This document shows positions 10,257 through 20,663 of a stretch of DNA of 64,000 nucleotides, in pieces (the first letter of the stretch is position 1; every line of letters starts with the position of its first letter). The position numbers and the translations under genes were made by a program. Source of the stretch: Myxococcota bacterium (GTDB lineage Bacteria > Myxococcota_A > UBA9160 > UBA4427); contig OZ252299.1 of assembly GCA_965250285.1 (NCBI GenBank), forward strand, positions 5,984,001 through 6,048,000, in the 5' to 3' direction. A model generated the notes under the pieces. The model did not search any database, was not told the DNA's origin, and was given only the letters and a program-made list of their open reading frames with translations.

Positions 10257-11402
10257 TTGGCACGCATCGCACTCGTCCTGACGAAGACGCCCTGGGACGA
10301 TCGTCGTCCATTCCATCGCCAGGGGCCTGCGCTCGCCGAGCGCGGCCACGACGTCGTCTACGTGGCGTCGCCGCCGACGCGCGCCATCGACCATCCCTTC
10401 GACTATGTCGAGCTCGACCCGAGTGAGATCGCGCTCGCGCGCCGCACGGGCGGACTCAATCTCGTCAACAAGATCGCAGCGCTGGCGCCCGATCTGGTTC
10501 AGCTCTGCTCGCTCGAACTCCTCCCGCTCGGGCTGGCGCTGAAGGCGCGCAAGATCACGCGGGTCGTGTACGACTGTCGCGAGGACATCGCCTCTGCGCA
10601 GTACGAGCGGCGAAAGAGCCTGCCCGTGTTCGCGCGCAAGCTCGTCTTCAAAGGCGTGCGCGCGCTCGAAGATCGAGCGGCGCGTCGGTTCGATGGCATC
10701 GTGACGGCCGATCCAGGCGTCTTCGAGCTTCATGCCTCGATGCCGCCCGAGCGCAAGCACATCTTCTACAACACCGCGCTGCTGAGTCAGTTTCCCAACG
10801 ACTACGCGAAGCTCGCAGACCGCGAGTTCGACGTCGTGCTGCTCGGCTCGATGAGCTCTCTGCGCTCGGGTGCCGACACCGTGCTCGATGCCCTGGCGGT
10901 GCTGAGCCGGGAGGGGCGCGAGCTTCGGGCGCTCTTCATCGGCGAGCCCACCGGCGACGTCGGGCCGGCCATTCGCGAGCGCCTGGCGCGGCACGATCTC
11001 GCAGCTCAGGTCGAGATCACGGGACACTTGCCGCACGCCGATGTGGCGGCTCAGATCTCGCGCGGCCGGGTGGGCATCGTGCCGCTCCACGACTATCCGA
11101 AGTTTCACAAGAACATCGCGTGCAAGGCGTTCGAGTACATGGCGTGCGGCATGCCCACCATCGCGTCTGACCTACCGCCTCAGCACATCTTTCTGCACGA
11201 CGACATCGCGATGTTCTACCCCTGCGGAGACGTCGATCGGCTCGCCGAAGCGATGCGCGAGCTCACGGCAGACATCGACCGCTGCCAGCGAATGGGGGAG
11301 CGCGGCCGGATGGACGTCGAAGAGAAGTGGAACGGGGAGGCGGCCCAGGAGGAGTACGTCCGCTTCTACGAGCACCTCCTCGAACTCCCCCCGCGAGGCT
11401 GA
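10257..11402 (+). CDS. GT4 glycosyltransferase
   Basis: DDRRPF..LAERGHDV, YDCRED and KAFEYMACGMPTIASD motifs. Confidence 0.9.
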   Translation: MARIALVLTKTPWDDRRPFHRQGPALAERGHDVVYVASPPTRAIDHPFDYVELDPSEIALARRTGGLNLVNKIAALAPDLVQLCSLELLPLGLALKARKITRVVYDCREDIASAQYERRKSLPVFARKLVFKGVRALEDRAARRFDGIVTADPGVFELHASMPPERKHIFYNTALLSQFPNDYAKLADREFDVVLLGSMSSLRSGADTVLDALAVLSREGRELRALFIGEPTGDVGPAIRERLARHDLAAQVEITGHLPHADVAAQISRGRVGIVPLHDYPKFHKNIACKAFEYMACGMPTIASDLPPQHIFLHDDIAMFYPCGDVDRLAEAMRELTADIDRCQRMGERGRMDVEEKWNGEAAQEEYVRFYEHLLELPPRG

Positions 11403-11414
11403 GCGCGCACGCCG

Positions 11415-12812
11415 ATGGAGAACAAGTTCACTCGCGCCGTCTTCGACCGCTCGCCGCCGCAGCTGCGGTCGGTCTTTGCGAGCGCGTTCGGCTGGACGAA
11501 GCAGCGGCGCCGATTCACGGGCGAGTACGCGCGTTGGGCCGGGTTCTTTGGCGAGGCCGAGTACTGGTCTCGTGAACGAGCCGAGGCGTATCAGTCGGAG
11601 AAGCTGCGCGAGCTGATCGCGCACGCGGCCGAACAGGTCCCCTACTACCGAGAGGCCTTCTCGCGTTGGGGCGTCGATCCGACAGCGATCGAGAGCCGAG
11701 CCGATCTCGAGAAGATCCCGATCCTCGAGAAGACCGACGTGGTCGCCGCGGGCGACGATCTCATCAGCGATCGCTATCGCAGCGCGCCGATGAACCGTTT
11801 CCCGACGAGCGGCTCGACGGGGACGCCGCTGACGGTGCCGCACACCGAGGCCATCGAGCAGATGGAGTGGGCTTTCGCGCATACCCGGTTCATCCCGCGC
11901 GATACCGAGGGGAAGCGCTACGCGACCTTCACCGGCCTCGAGCTCTTGCCGCCCGGGCGTCAGAAGCCGCCGTTCTGGGTCGACAACTGGGCCGCCGGCC
12001 AGCGCATGTTCAGCATCTTCCACATGAACGATCGAAACTTGCCGAGCTACGTCGATTCGCTCGATCGTGGCTACCGCGACTACTACCTGGGGTACCCGAG
12101 CGCCATCTATGCGATCGCCGAATTCATGCTGCGCAAGGGGCTGCGTCTGTCTCGACCGCCCCGCTACGTCTTGGGTGCCTCGGAGGAGCTGCAGCCGCAC
12201 TATCGGTCGGCGATCGAAGAGGCGTTCGGTGCCGACGTGAGGCAGCGGTACGGTCAGAACGAGCTCGTTGGGTCGATCACGACATACGACTGCGGCCGAA
12301 TGCACGAGGACATGGACTACTCCCTGATGGAGTTCGTGCCGATCGAGACGTCGGCCGATGGCGAGATCCTCGCCGAGATCATCGGGACGAACTTCCACGA
12401 TCCGGCCTGGCCGTTGCTGCGCTATCGCACGGGGGATCTCGTGGTCTACCACCCCGACGATCGTTGTGATTGCGGTCGCCCGGGGCGAGTGATTCGCCGC
12501 ATCCATGGCCGAACGGGTCGCTACTTCACACTGCCCGATGGGAGCCGGGTGACCAACATCTCGGTCATCGCCAAGAAGTGCACCCGCGTGCGCCTGATGC
12601 AGGTCGTGCAGCGCACGGTCGGGGCCATCGAGGTGCGGGTGGTCCGCGACGATGGCTACGGCGTCGGCGACGAGAAGACGCTGCTGCACGAGTTTCGGCG
12701 CAAGCTCGGGCAAGAGCTCGTCATCGACATCGATTACGTCGACGACATCGAGCGTACGAGCGGCGGCAAGTACATGTCGATCGTGAACGAGGTGACCGCC
12801 GGGCCGAGCTGA
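11415..12812 (+). CDS. Phenylacetate-CoA ligase/CapK-like adenylate-forming enzyme (paralog 2)
   Basis: TSGSTG, GYPS, ASE, YGQNE, PLLRYRTGD, HGR and GKY. Colinear with 1941-3347. Confidence 0.87.
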   Translation: MENKFTRAVFDRSPPQLRSVFASAFGWTKQRRRFTGEYARWAGFFGEAEYWSRERAEAYQSEKLRELIAHAAEQVPYYREAFSRWGVDPTAIESRADLEKIPILEKTDVVAAGDDLISDRYRSAPMNRFPTSGSTGTPLTVPHTEAIEQMEWAFAHTRFIPRDTEGKRYATFTGLELLPPGRQKPPFWVDNWAAGQRMFSIFHMNDRNLPSYVDSLDRGYRDYYLGYPSAIYAIAEFMLRKGLRLSRPPRYVLGASEELQPHYRSAIEEAFGADVRQRYGQNELVGSITTYDCGRMHEDMDYSLMEFVPIETSADGEILAEIIGTNFHDPAWPLLRYRTGDLVVYHPDDRCDCGRPGRVIRRIHGRTGRYFTLPDGSRVTNISVIAKKCTRVRLMQVVQRTVGAIEVRVVRDDGYGVGDEKTLLHEFRRKLGQELVIDIDYVDDIERTSGGKYMSIVNEVTAGPS

Positions 12813-12819
12813 CGGCTCG

Positions 12820-14280
12820 CTAGTCGCTCTCGTCTCGCTCTCGCGGGTGGGGCGGCCCCGTGCTGGCGAGAGGCTCGGGTGCGGCGAGCGATCCCGACCC
12901 GTTCGCTCCACTGCCGTAGAAGAAGTGATCGTCGGGGATCGTGGCTTGTGGGCTCGCATCCTCGTCGGAGCGACTGCGTACGCGAGCGGCCCCGGCATCG
13001 AGGGCCACGGCAAACGCCACCGCGTACCAGGTCATCCGCTCCCACGGATACTCGTTGAACATGCTCATCGTCATGCTCGCGACATAGCCCGCGAGGAAGA
13101 ACGGTCGCCAGTGCCGATAGACGGAGTCGTCCGTCGCGGCGAGGGGCCTCGCGAGCCGGTACACGATCATCCCCACCATCAGGACGAAGGGAATGATGCC
13201 GAGCACGCCTGCTTCGGCGAGCACGCCGAGGAACGCATTGTGTGCGCCGAACCCGATGCCGTTCGGGTTGAGCGCCGTCGTTCCGTCGCCGACGCCGAGG
13301 AAGGGCGAGGTCGCCCAGATTCGCAGCGCGGCGCCGAACACCATGGTCCGCGTCAGCTCGGGGCCGTCGTCTCGAGCGGCGAGCTCGGGGAAGAAGCGGG
13401 CGATCAGCGCATCGAGGAAGCCGGCCTGTTCGAGCACCAGCACGACGATCCCGACCGTGATCACGCCGCCGAGGGCGGTGAAGAACACCTGTGCCGGGCG
13501 AAGTCGGCTGATGTACGGCAGGACGAGCAGGCCGCCCACGCCGAAGCCGAGGATCGCAGATCGGCTCATCGTCGCGAAGATGCTGCCAGCGATGATGATC
13601 AGGCAGGTGAAAGCAACCACTTTGCCGCGAGCCTGGGGCGAGGTGAACCAGCCGAGCGCGACGAAGGCGGGTGTCAGCAACCAGTTGCCGGTCGCATTGA
13701 TCGAGATGCCGCCGCCGTGAAACCGCAGCTCGTGAATGACCGCCTCCTCGGCAGAGAGGCCGATCGCACCGCCGTACGTGTCTGCAGCGCCGGGCAGTGA
13801 GCGGATGCCGAGATAGAAGTCGAGGAGAGACATCACGGCGAAGACGGCGAAGCTCACGACCACGACCCGATTCATCAGCTCGAGGTGCTTTCCGTTTCGC
13901 ATCGACCATGCAAAGACGCCGAGGACGAGCAGAACCGTGAGCTTTCTTGCGAACTGGATCAGCGCCATCATGCCGATCTGGTTGATCGCGATCAGATGCG
14001 AGATCGACAGCACCGCGAGCAAGACGATGAACATCACCTGGATCTGCGTACCGGCGAAGATCCGCACCCAGACGGCCGGCGAGTTTCGCACCAGCAACGC
14101 GACGACCGGTACGAACGTGATCAAATTGCCGACGTTGCCGAAGACGAGGAAGAGCCCGTCGAAGGGCGTGACCGCGGCGAGCACGAGCCCCGGGCCGGCC
14201 GGGTGGAAGAGCATGAACGCCGCGCCGACCGTGCCGAACACGACCGCAGCGAGGATCTTGGCGAACAGGGTGGTCGTCAT
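12820..14280 (-). CDS. O-antigen ligase/Wzy polymerase-family membrane protein
   Basis: Multi-TM; R..G...N, TMSRS, PFLGVGDG and AHNAFL..LAEAG.LG (Wzy_C signature). Confidence 0.88.
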   Translation of the reverse strand: MTTTLFAKILAAVVFGTVGAAFMLFHPAGPGLVLAAVTPFDGLFLVFGNVGNLITFVPVVALLVRNSPAVWVRIFAGTQIQVMFIVLLAVLSISHLIAINQIGMMALIQFARKLTVLLVLGVFAWSMRNGKHLELMNRVVVVSFAVFAVMSLLDFYLGIRSLPGAADTYGGAIGLSAEEAVIHELRFHGGGISINATGNWLLTPAFVALGWFTSPQARGKVVAFTCLIIIAGSIFATMSRSAILGFGVGGLLVLPYISRLRPAQVFFTALGGVITVGIVVLVLEQAGFLDALIARFFPELAARDDGPELTRTMVFGAALRIWATSPFLGVGDGTTALNPNGIGFGAHNAFLGVLAEAGVLGIIPFVLMVGMIVYRLARPLAATDDSVYRHWRPFFLAGYVASMTMSMFNEYPWERMTWYAVAFAVALDAGAARVRSRSDEDASPQATIPDDHFFYGSGANGSGSLAAPEPLASTGPPHPRERDESD

Positions 14281-14489
14281 GATTGGTCGAGGGGCTCTTC
14301 CCGCCCGTCATTGCGGTCGGATCGTGGGATCGGCCGAAGCGGCTCCGCCGACGACTTCGTATCGGGCGGCCGCGGGCGGCGACGGAGTATAAACCGCCTC
14401 GCTGCTGGAGCTTGGGCGCGGCGGATGCACATCACCGACCACACCGGCGGGGTCGCGCGCAACGCTGACCCCCGTGGGTGAGTCGAGCG

Positions 14490-15362
14490 CTACAGGTCGC
14501 CGAAGTGGATCAACTCGATCCCCATGTCGCGGATGCGCTGCTTCACGTCCTCGTCGAAGCAGATCGGCGTGTCTTCGGCCCAGGTCCGGCGCCGCCACTC
14601 CGAGGGATCCTCGTCGGCGCTGAAGCGCCCGGGGTGGAGCAGGATCTCGGACACGCCGCGCGGCACCGCCGAAATGCACGCGAGGATCTCCGACTTGGGA
14701 TCGCTCGCTGCGGGCACGCCCATCGAGCGCGTCGCCTTCCACCGCGGTGTCGTGATTCCGTTCAGCTTGAACATCACGTGACTCCAAGCATGAATCGCGA
14801 TGCTCGGCGCGCGTCGTGCGTTCTTGGTCGCCCAGATCTTCCAGCCCGCGAGACCGCTGCCGGGTACGCGCCGATGCCGGCTCAGCGTCGTCCGGGCGCG
14901 CGGGACGCCGTGGCGCTTGAGAACGCGGCAGAGCGCCTGGCGCACGATCGGCATCTTGTTGATGCCGTGGTGGCTGTCGAAGTGCGTGGGCCGGATCCCG
15001 AGTGCGAGCGCGCGCTGCATCTGCGCCTCGACTTCGATCTCGACCTGTGCCTTCAGGTGACCGGCGCGCCACAGGTTCTTGCCCTGGGCCGCGTTGCCCG
15101 GGAAGAGCCCGTCCTCGCCGAGCAAGCCGCCGACCTGCTCGGCCGGCGCAGTGGGCGCGCCCTCGGTCAGGTTCAGGTGGACGCCGATCCCCAACCCGGG
15201 GACGCTCGGCGCCAGGTCGGCTGCGTACTTGGCCGCGGGCATGTTCACCATCAGCGTGGTGCTCGTGATGATCCCGTCGCGGTGGGCGTCGATGATCGCA
15301 TCCGTGACGCCCTCGCTGAAACCGAAGTCGTCGGCGTTCACGATGAGCCTGCGCGCAGACAT
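14490..15362 (-). CDS. YdjC/ChbG/HpnK-family carbohydrate deacetylase
   Basis: LIVNADDFG, GVHLNL, THFDSHH and EILLHPG. Start moved to ATG 15362 (AGGAG RBS). Confidence 0.92.
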   Translation of the reverse strand: MSARRLIVNADDFGFSEGVTDAIIDAHRDGIITSTTLMVNMPAAKYAADLAPSVPGLGIGVHLNLTEGAPTAPAEQVGGLLGEDGLFPGNAAQGKNLWRAGHLKAQVEIEVEAQMQRALALGIRPTHFDSHHGINKMPIVRQALCRVLKRHGVPRARTTLSRHRRVPGSGLAGWKIWATKNARRAPSIAIHAWSHVMFKLNGITTPRWKATRSMGVPAASDPKSEILACISAVPRGVSEILLHPGRFSADEDPSEWRRRTWAEDTPICFDEDVKQRIRDMGIELIHFGDL

Positions 15363-15686
15363 GGTGCGGACACTCCTGGATGGACCTTCGTGCGCGTCGA
15401 TGCGTCGCACGGTGGGGGCGCTCGGGATGCGAGCGCGGGGTCGGGCGAAGCCGTGCGCCCGGCGTGGGCCGAGCGCCCGAGTATAGAGGCTTCCATCGAC
15501 CGGACCGCCGCTCGACTTCTGCATCGGGTAGATCGCGATCGAATTCGCGTGCCGTTCGACTGATGTCGGAACCGTTCCAGTCGCGCCCGCCCGAGCCGAT
15601 GAATGAGATCGGGGCACGCAACACCGGTGCTAGCTTCCGACCCCGCTCGACGGCGTGCGCCGGCCGAGATCGACCTGGAGTGAACG

Positions 15687-16913
15687 ATGGCGCCGCGCCG
15701 CCTGCGCATGCTGATCATCAGCCAGAACTATCCGCAAGCTCAGCGCGAGTGGGCCGGCGAGTTCATCGTGCGCCAGGCGCGCTACCTCGAGGCGGAGGGC
15801 TTCGACAGCGAGTTCATCGTGCCGCGCCCCTGGGCGCCCTGGCCGCTTCATCTGCTGCCCCGCTGGCGGCAGTACGGCCCCGAGAATCCGCTCCTCGCGC
15901 AGCCCGGCCTCGAGGCGAACTGGGTCGGCTACATCCGTCCCCCCTCGGCCCGTTTCATCACGACCGAGGGGCGCTTCATGGGGCGTTCGGTGCTGCGGCT
16001 CGCACGCCGAATGCATCGCGCCCGCCCCTTCGATCTGGTCTGGGCCGCGCAGATGAACGGCGAAGCGCCCACGGCCATTCGCGTGGGCGAAGCGCTCGGT
16101 CTGCCGGTGGCCGTGATGTCGATCGGGACCGACATCATGGTGTTGCCCGATCGGGTGCCGGCGCTTCGGGCGATTCATGCGCGGGTCCTCGAGCAAACCG
16201 ATCTCGCCATCGCCGTCTCGCCCGAGATCGCGCGCCGCATGAAGACGTTCGCGACGCTGAAGCGGCCGCCGTTCGTCGCACGGCTCGCCCGCGATCCGTC
16301 GGCCTTTCGACCGGCGTCGGATCGGGCCGCCGTGCGGGCCGCCCACGGGATCGAGCCCGAAGACCGGCTGGCCGTGTTCGTCGGTCGCGTCGAGACTGCG
16401 AAGGGCATGGAGGATCTGCTGTCGATCCTCCCGAGCGTCCTACGCCGCCACCCGCGGCTTCGCTTCGCGCTGCTCGGCGACGGCGCGCTCCGCGGCGCAC
16501 TCGTCGCGGCGGGTGATGCGGTTCGCCCGGGGGCCGTCTTGGCCCCTGGACGGGTCGATCCGGGCGAGGTGCCCGGCTGGCTGCAGTCGAGCGACTTCAT
16601 GGTCTTTCCCTCGCACAGCGAGGGATTGCCTCAGGCGGTGCTCGAGGCGATGAACTGCGGGCTCGCGGTCATCGCGACGGATGTCGGCGGCACGGCCGAG
16701 GCGGTCCTCGAGGGGCGAACGGGTCTGCTCGTTCCGTCGCGCGATCCGGCTCGGCTCGAGGCCGCGATCGACGCGCTCGTCACCGATGAAGCGACGCGCG
16801 CGCAGATGGGTGAGGCCGGGCTCGCGCACGCACTCGCCGAGTTCGATCCGCTCGTGCATACGAAGCGGCTCGCCGATGCACTTCGATCGATCGTCGAGGC
16901 CGAGGGTCGTTGA
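15687..16913 (+). CDS. GT4 glycosyltransferase (TuaC-like)
   Basis: FVGR....KG and FPSHSEGLPQAVLEAM.CGL.VIATDVGG. Confidence 0.92.
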   Translation: MAPRRLRMLIISQNYPQAQREWAGEFIVRQARYLEAEGFDSEFIVPRPWAPWPLHLLPRWRQYGPENPLLAQPGLEANWVGYIRPPSARFITTEGRFMGRSVLRLARRMHRARPFDLVWAAQMNGEAPTAIRVGEALGLPVAVMSIGTDIMVLPDRVPALRAIHARVLEQTDLAIAVSPEIARRMKTFATLKRPPFVARLARDPSAFRPASDRAAVRAAHGIEPEDRLAVFVGRVETAKGMEDLLSILPSVLRRHPRLRFALLGDGALRGALVAAGDAVRPGAVLAPGRVDPGEVPGWLQSSDFMVFPSHSEGLPQAVLEAMNCGLAVIATDVGGTAEAVLEGRTGLLVPSRDPARLEAAIDALVTDEATRAQMGEAGLAHALAEFDPLVHTKRLADALRSIVEAEGR

Positions 16914-16937
16914 GCGCGCGACGCCTCGCCGAATCGG

Positions 16938-19349
16938 TCAGGAGCCGTTCGATTCGGCCAGGATCGCGGTGATCCGCCGGGAGGCTTCGAGCCGAATCTC
17001 GTCGAGCGCGTTGCCGTCGAGCCGTCTCGAGAGCGCGTCGACGAGGGGCGCCTCGCCTCGCGTGCCCGTGCGGCCCACCCCGAACTCGAGGCCTGTGTCG
17101 AGGTCGACGACGCCGGCCCCTTGCTTGCCGCGCTGCTTCGACCTCGACTTGCTCGGATCCTCGACCTTCGCGTCGAGGGTCAACGCATCGATCGAGGCCA
17201 GCCACTCGAGGTCGGCGGCGTAGCGTTCGGGATCGCGGCGCGCGAGCGACTCGAGGTAGGCGAGCGTGCGCAAGTCCTCGTGGCCCTCGCGCATGAACTC
17301 GAAGACGAGCGTCGTCGCCATCCCCGTACTTCCCCCGGGCTCGGGGAAGGCAAAGCCGAGGTCGGCGCGCGCCGAGTCGTCGTCGTCGTAGGGGTTGCCT
17401 TCGTAGTCCTGGAACGTCCAAGGCGCATTGAGGACGAACGGGCTCGCGCGAAGGTAGATCCCGTTGATGATCCGACCCCAGATCGGCGGCGAGAACGAGC
17501 CGCGGAGGTTGTGATAGAACCACGCCTCGTCGCCTGCCTCCTGCAGCTCGTCGGCGTACTCCTGCATCGTATGCCCCCGCGCGAGCCACCACTCGAACGT
17601 GTACCCGTGGTGGCCGCGAATGTCGACGTACGGGGCGATGCGCCGGCGCTGGCCGTCGGCTGCGGGATTCAAGGTGTGAAAGGTGGCGTAGATCCGCGGG
17701 TAGTCGGCCTTCTGGGCCACACGCGACAGGCGAATGTACGGATCGAGCCGATCGTGGTTGAATACCTCGTCGAGGTGCGTGACGACGATCTCGCCGGGGA
17801 ATCGCGCGTCGAGCTCGCGAATCAGCGCGGCGCCCTGGCGCGCGGCCGCGACCATCTCCGACTCTTGCCCCTTCTCGAACAAGCGCGCGAGCTGTTTGAA
17901 CCCGTCGTCGACGACGATGGTGTGCTCGAAGCCCGCCTCCGTGGCGGCCTCGACGAAGCGATCGAGGCCGACGGCGTGGACCTTGATCTCGCCGTCGCGT
18001 CGCGCCCATTGCAGGCGGAAGTCGACCAGGAGGTCGGTCACCCCATGCGCCCGCAGCAGGGCGAGCTCTTCGGCGAGCCGATCGGGCTCGATCAGGCGAC
18101 GCGAAGCCTTGTAGTACATCCCCATCCGCTTCTGGTCGGTGTCTGGCAGCTCGAACGGATGGACTTCGACGCGCAGCGGGATCTTCGTCGCCGGCACGCC
18201 CGCGACCTCGATCGTGATCTCTCCCTCGTGCACGCCTGCAGGTGCATCTTCGGGCACGTCGAAGGTCAACCACAGCTCGCGCATCTCGCCGCTCGGCACA
18301 CCCAGCGTGTCGGCTGACACCAGAAAACGATCGACGACCTCGGTGTCGCCGCGCTTTCCGTTGTACAAGCGGCGCATGGGTGCGCGGACGACACGGTGAA
18401 CGTCGAGCTCGAGGCCCGGCAAAGGCGGCTCTTCCATCTGCACGCGCACCCCGCCGAGATCTTGCAGCGCATAGAGCGCGAGCTTGGCCGGCTGGCGCTC
18501 GCCCCGGGCACTGTGAATCGAGATGGAAGGCGTCGAAGCGGGCGGAAGGCGACGCGGCGCCGGGTCAGCGGGGTGCGTCATAGACAGCCGGAAGGGCTCG
18601 TCGAGCTTCGTGGTGCCCACCTCGAAGCGCCACGCGTCGTTCGGCTCGACCAGGCGGTAGCGACGGGTCGCCCGATTCGGGCCCGGCTCTCGACCGGCTT
18701 CGACGACCGGTCCCGGATAGCGACGGATGTCCGAGATGCGCAGCTCGTCGATGCTGAAGTCACCCATCCCGATCGACAGCCGCTTGGCCGGGTTGTCCAT
18801 CGGCAGCGCCATCGCGGGCGAACCGATCAGCTCGCCATCGACGCGCAGCTCGATCTGGCCGTCGTCCCAGATCACGGCCACGTGGTGCCACTTGCCGGTC
18901 TCGAGTGTGCCGTCGGGCAGGTTGCGACGAACCCAGCGCGGATCGTCCTTGTCACCGCCCATGATCGCGACGCCGAATCGACCTCGCGCGTCCCGGTTGA
19001 CGTAGAGCCGGTCGGTTCCGCTCGAGAAGATCGAGACGATCGAATCGGCGTGTCGCGAGTCGGGATCCCACTCGGGCCGAAAGGAGAACTCGAGCGTGCC
19101 GGTCTTGCTGTTCCAGGCCTCGGGCATCAGGGGGAAGTCGACGCGCGTTCGGTCGGCCAGTCGCAGGGCCCCACCAAGCCAGCCATTCGCGATCGGCTCG
19201 GCGTCACCGAAGGGCTCGCCCGTCACGTACCCGTAGTTGGGTTGCCGCTCGTCGTCGAAGCTCGCGTAGAAAGTCGTCGCACCGTCGACGGCGGGCGCGC
19301 CGCCGAAGGGCAGAGCGGCTGCGGCGGCTGCGAGCAGGTGAAGCCACAT
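16938..19349 (-). CDS. Secreted LamG/ConA-domain + GH123/DUF4091-like putative glycoside hydrolase
   Basis: Signal peptide; LamG motifs (GTLEFSFRP, WHHVAVIWD, IDELRIS); ARGERQ..LAL segment; HLDE; C-terminal FEFMREGHEDLR resembling DUF4091. Confidence 0.62.
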   Translation of the reverse strand: MWLHLLAAAAAALPFGGAPAVDGATTFYASFDDERQPNYGYVTGEPFGDAEPIANGWLGGALRLADRTRVDFPLMPEAWNSKTGTLEFSFRPEWDPDSRHADSIVSIFSSGTDRLYVNRDARGRFGVAIMGGDKDDPRWVRRNLPDGTLETGKWHHVAVIWDDGQIELRVDGELIGSPAMALPMDNPAKRLSIGMGDFSIDELRISDIRRYPGPVVEAGREPGPNRATRRYRLVEPNDAWRFEVGTTKLDEPFRLSMTHPADPAPRRLPPASTPSISIHSARGERQPAKLALYALQDLGGVRVQMEEPPLPGLELDVHRVVRAPMRRLYNGKRGDTEVVDRFLVSADTLGVPSGEMRELWLTFDVPEDAPAGVHEGEITIEVAGVPATKIPLRVEVHPFELPDTDQKRMGMYYKASRRLIEPDRLAEELALLRAHGVTDLLVDFRLQWARRDGEIKVHAVGLDRFVEAATEAGFEHTIVVDDGFKQLARLFEKGQESEMVAAARQGAALIRELDARFPGEIVVTHLDEVFNHDRLDPYIRLSRVAQKADYPRIYATFHTLNPAADGQRRRIAPYVDIRGHHGYTFEWWLARGHTMQEYADELQEAGDEAWFYHNLRGSFSPPIWGRIINGIYLRASPFVLNAPWTFQDYEGNPYDDDDSARADLGFAFPEPGGSTGMATTLVFEFMREGHEDLRTLAYLESLARRDPERYAADLEWLASIDALTLDAKVEDPSKSRSKQRGKQGAGVVDLDTGLEFGVGRTGTRGEAPLVDALSRRLDGNALDEIRLEASRRITAILAESNGS

Positions 19350-19369
19350 GCGGGGGGAGTCTCCTCAGC

Positions 19370-20614
19370 TCAGCGCGCTGAGCCGGTGTCGTGCACGACC
19401 GCGTCGAGGGCGCCGAGCAGCTTCTCGGCCAGCGCGCTCCGACGGTACTCGGTTTCGACGAAGCGCCGCCCACGGTCGCCGAGCTGCGCCGCGAGCGCAT
19501 CATCGTCGCGCAGTCGCTCGAGCACGCCCACCATCGCCTCGGCGTCCTCGGGTGGGAACGCGATGCCGCAGGCGCCGTCGTCCACGACGATGCGCTTCGC
19601 CTCGCCGCGCACGCCCAGCACGATGGGGCGCCGAAGCGCCATCGCCTCGAAGATCTTCGAAGGAATCACCGTCTCGAAGACCGGCGTGTCGCGCAAGACC
19701 ACGAGCGATGCATCGCTCGCCGCGAGCACCTCGAGGGCAGCCTGACGCGGCCCACCCTCGATCAGGGTGACGTTCTTCGCCCCCACCTCGCCGAGACGTG
19801 CCCGAATCGAGTCGCGGTCGGCGCCGTTGCCCATGATGACGTAGTGCAGGGTCGGATCGTCCCGAGTGAGCTCGGCGGCGTCGAGGACGATGCCCACGCC
19901 GTGGGCCATGCCGACGGTGCCGACGAAGCTCGACACGAATGCGTCTTTAGGGATTCCGTAGCGGTCGCGCGTCTCGTCGGGCGAGGCGCTGATCGTGAAC
20001 GAGTCGGGGTCGATCCCATTGGTCACGGTCTCGATGCGCTCGTCCGGCACGCCGAGCGCGCGCAGCCGCTCGGCGAAGACGCGCGTCACGGGCACGACCA
20101 GATCCGCGCTGCGGTACAGGAAGTGCGAGAAGTGCTCGAGCTGATCGAGCACGAAGCCGCCCGAAGAGGCCCCGACGGCCACGATGCTCTCGGGCCACAG
20201 ATCGCGCAGCTCGAAGACCCACGGGCGACGCTTGAGCCCGCCGACGACCCATCCAGCGACTGCGGTGAAGAACTGAGGTGAGGTCGCGACGACGACGTCG
20301 GGGCGACGCACGGCGAAGCTGCCGACGATCGCCGCGAACATGAAGCTCACGTAGTCGAGGATCCGCTTCGCGAAGCCCTGGTTCGCGGTGATGTAGGTCC
20401 ACACGCGAATCACTTCGATGCCGTCGATCGTTTCGCGCTGAAAGAGGCGGTTGCGGTAGCCGTCGAAGACTCGCCCGGTCGGGAAGTTCGGCGCACACGT
20501 CACCACCACGACATCGTGGCCCTGCTCGACCCATACGCGCGCATGTTCGTGCGTGCGGATCGCGGGTGCGTTCGACTCGGGCGGAAAGTTGTCCGTGAGG
20601 AAGAGGATCTTCAT
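19370..20614 (-). CDS. GT4 glycosyltransferase (WbuB-like)
   Basis: MKILFLTDNFPPE, PNFPTG, TSPQFF, ELRDLWPES and IPSKIFEAMA. Confidence 0.93.
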   Translation of the reverse strand: MKILFLTDNFPPESNAPAIRTHEHARVWVEQGHDVVVVTCAPNFPTGRVFDGYRNRLFQRETIDGIEVIRVWTYITANQGFAKRILDYVSFMFAAIVGSFAVRRPDVVVATSPQFFTAVAGWVVGGLKRRPWVFELRDLWPESIVAVGASSGGFVLDQLEHFSHFLYRSADLVVPVTRVFAERLRALGVPDERIETVTNGIDPDSFTISASPDETRDRYGIPKDAFVSSFVGTVGMAHGVGIVLDAAELTRDDPTLHYVIMGNGADRDSIRARLGEVGAKNVTLIEGGPRQAALEVLAASDASLVVLRDTPVFETVIPSKIFEAMALRRPIVLGVRGEAKRIVVDDGACGIAFPPEDAEAMVGVLERLRDDDALAAQLGDRGRRFVETEYRRSALAEKLLGALDAVVHDTGSAR

Positions 20615-20663
20615 GGGGGCCCGGTCGCGCAGGGCCGCCGCCGCGCAGGCGGTCGGGCCTCGA

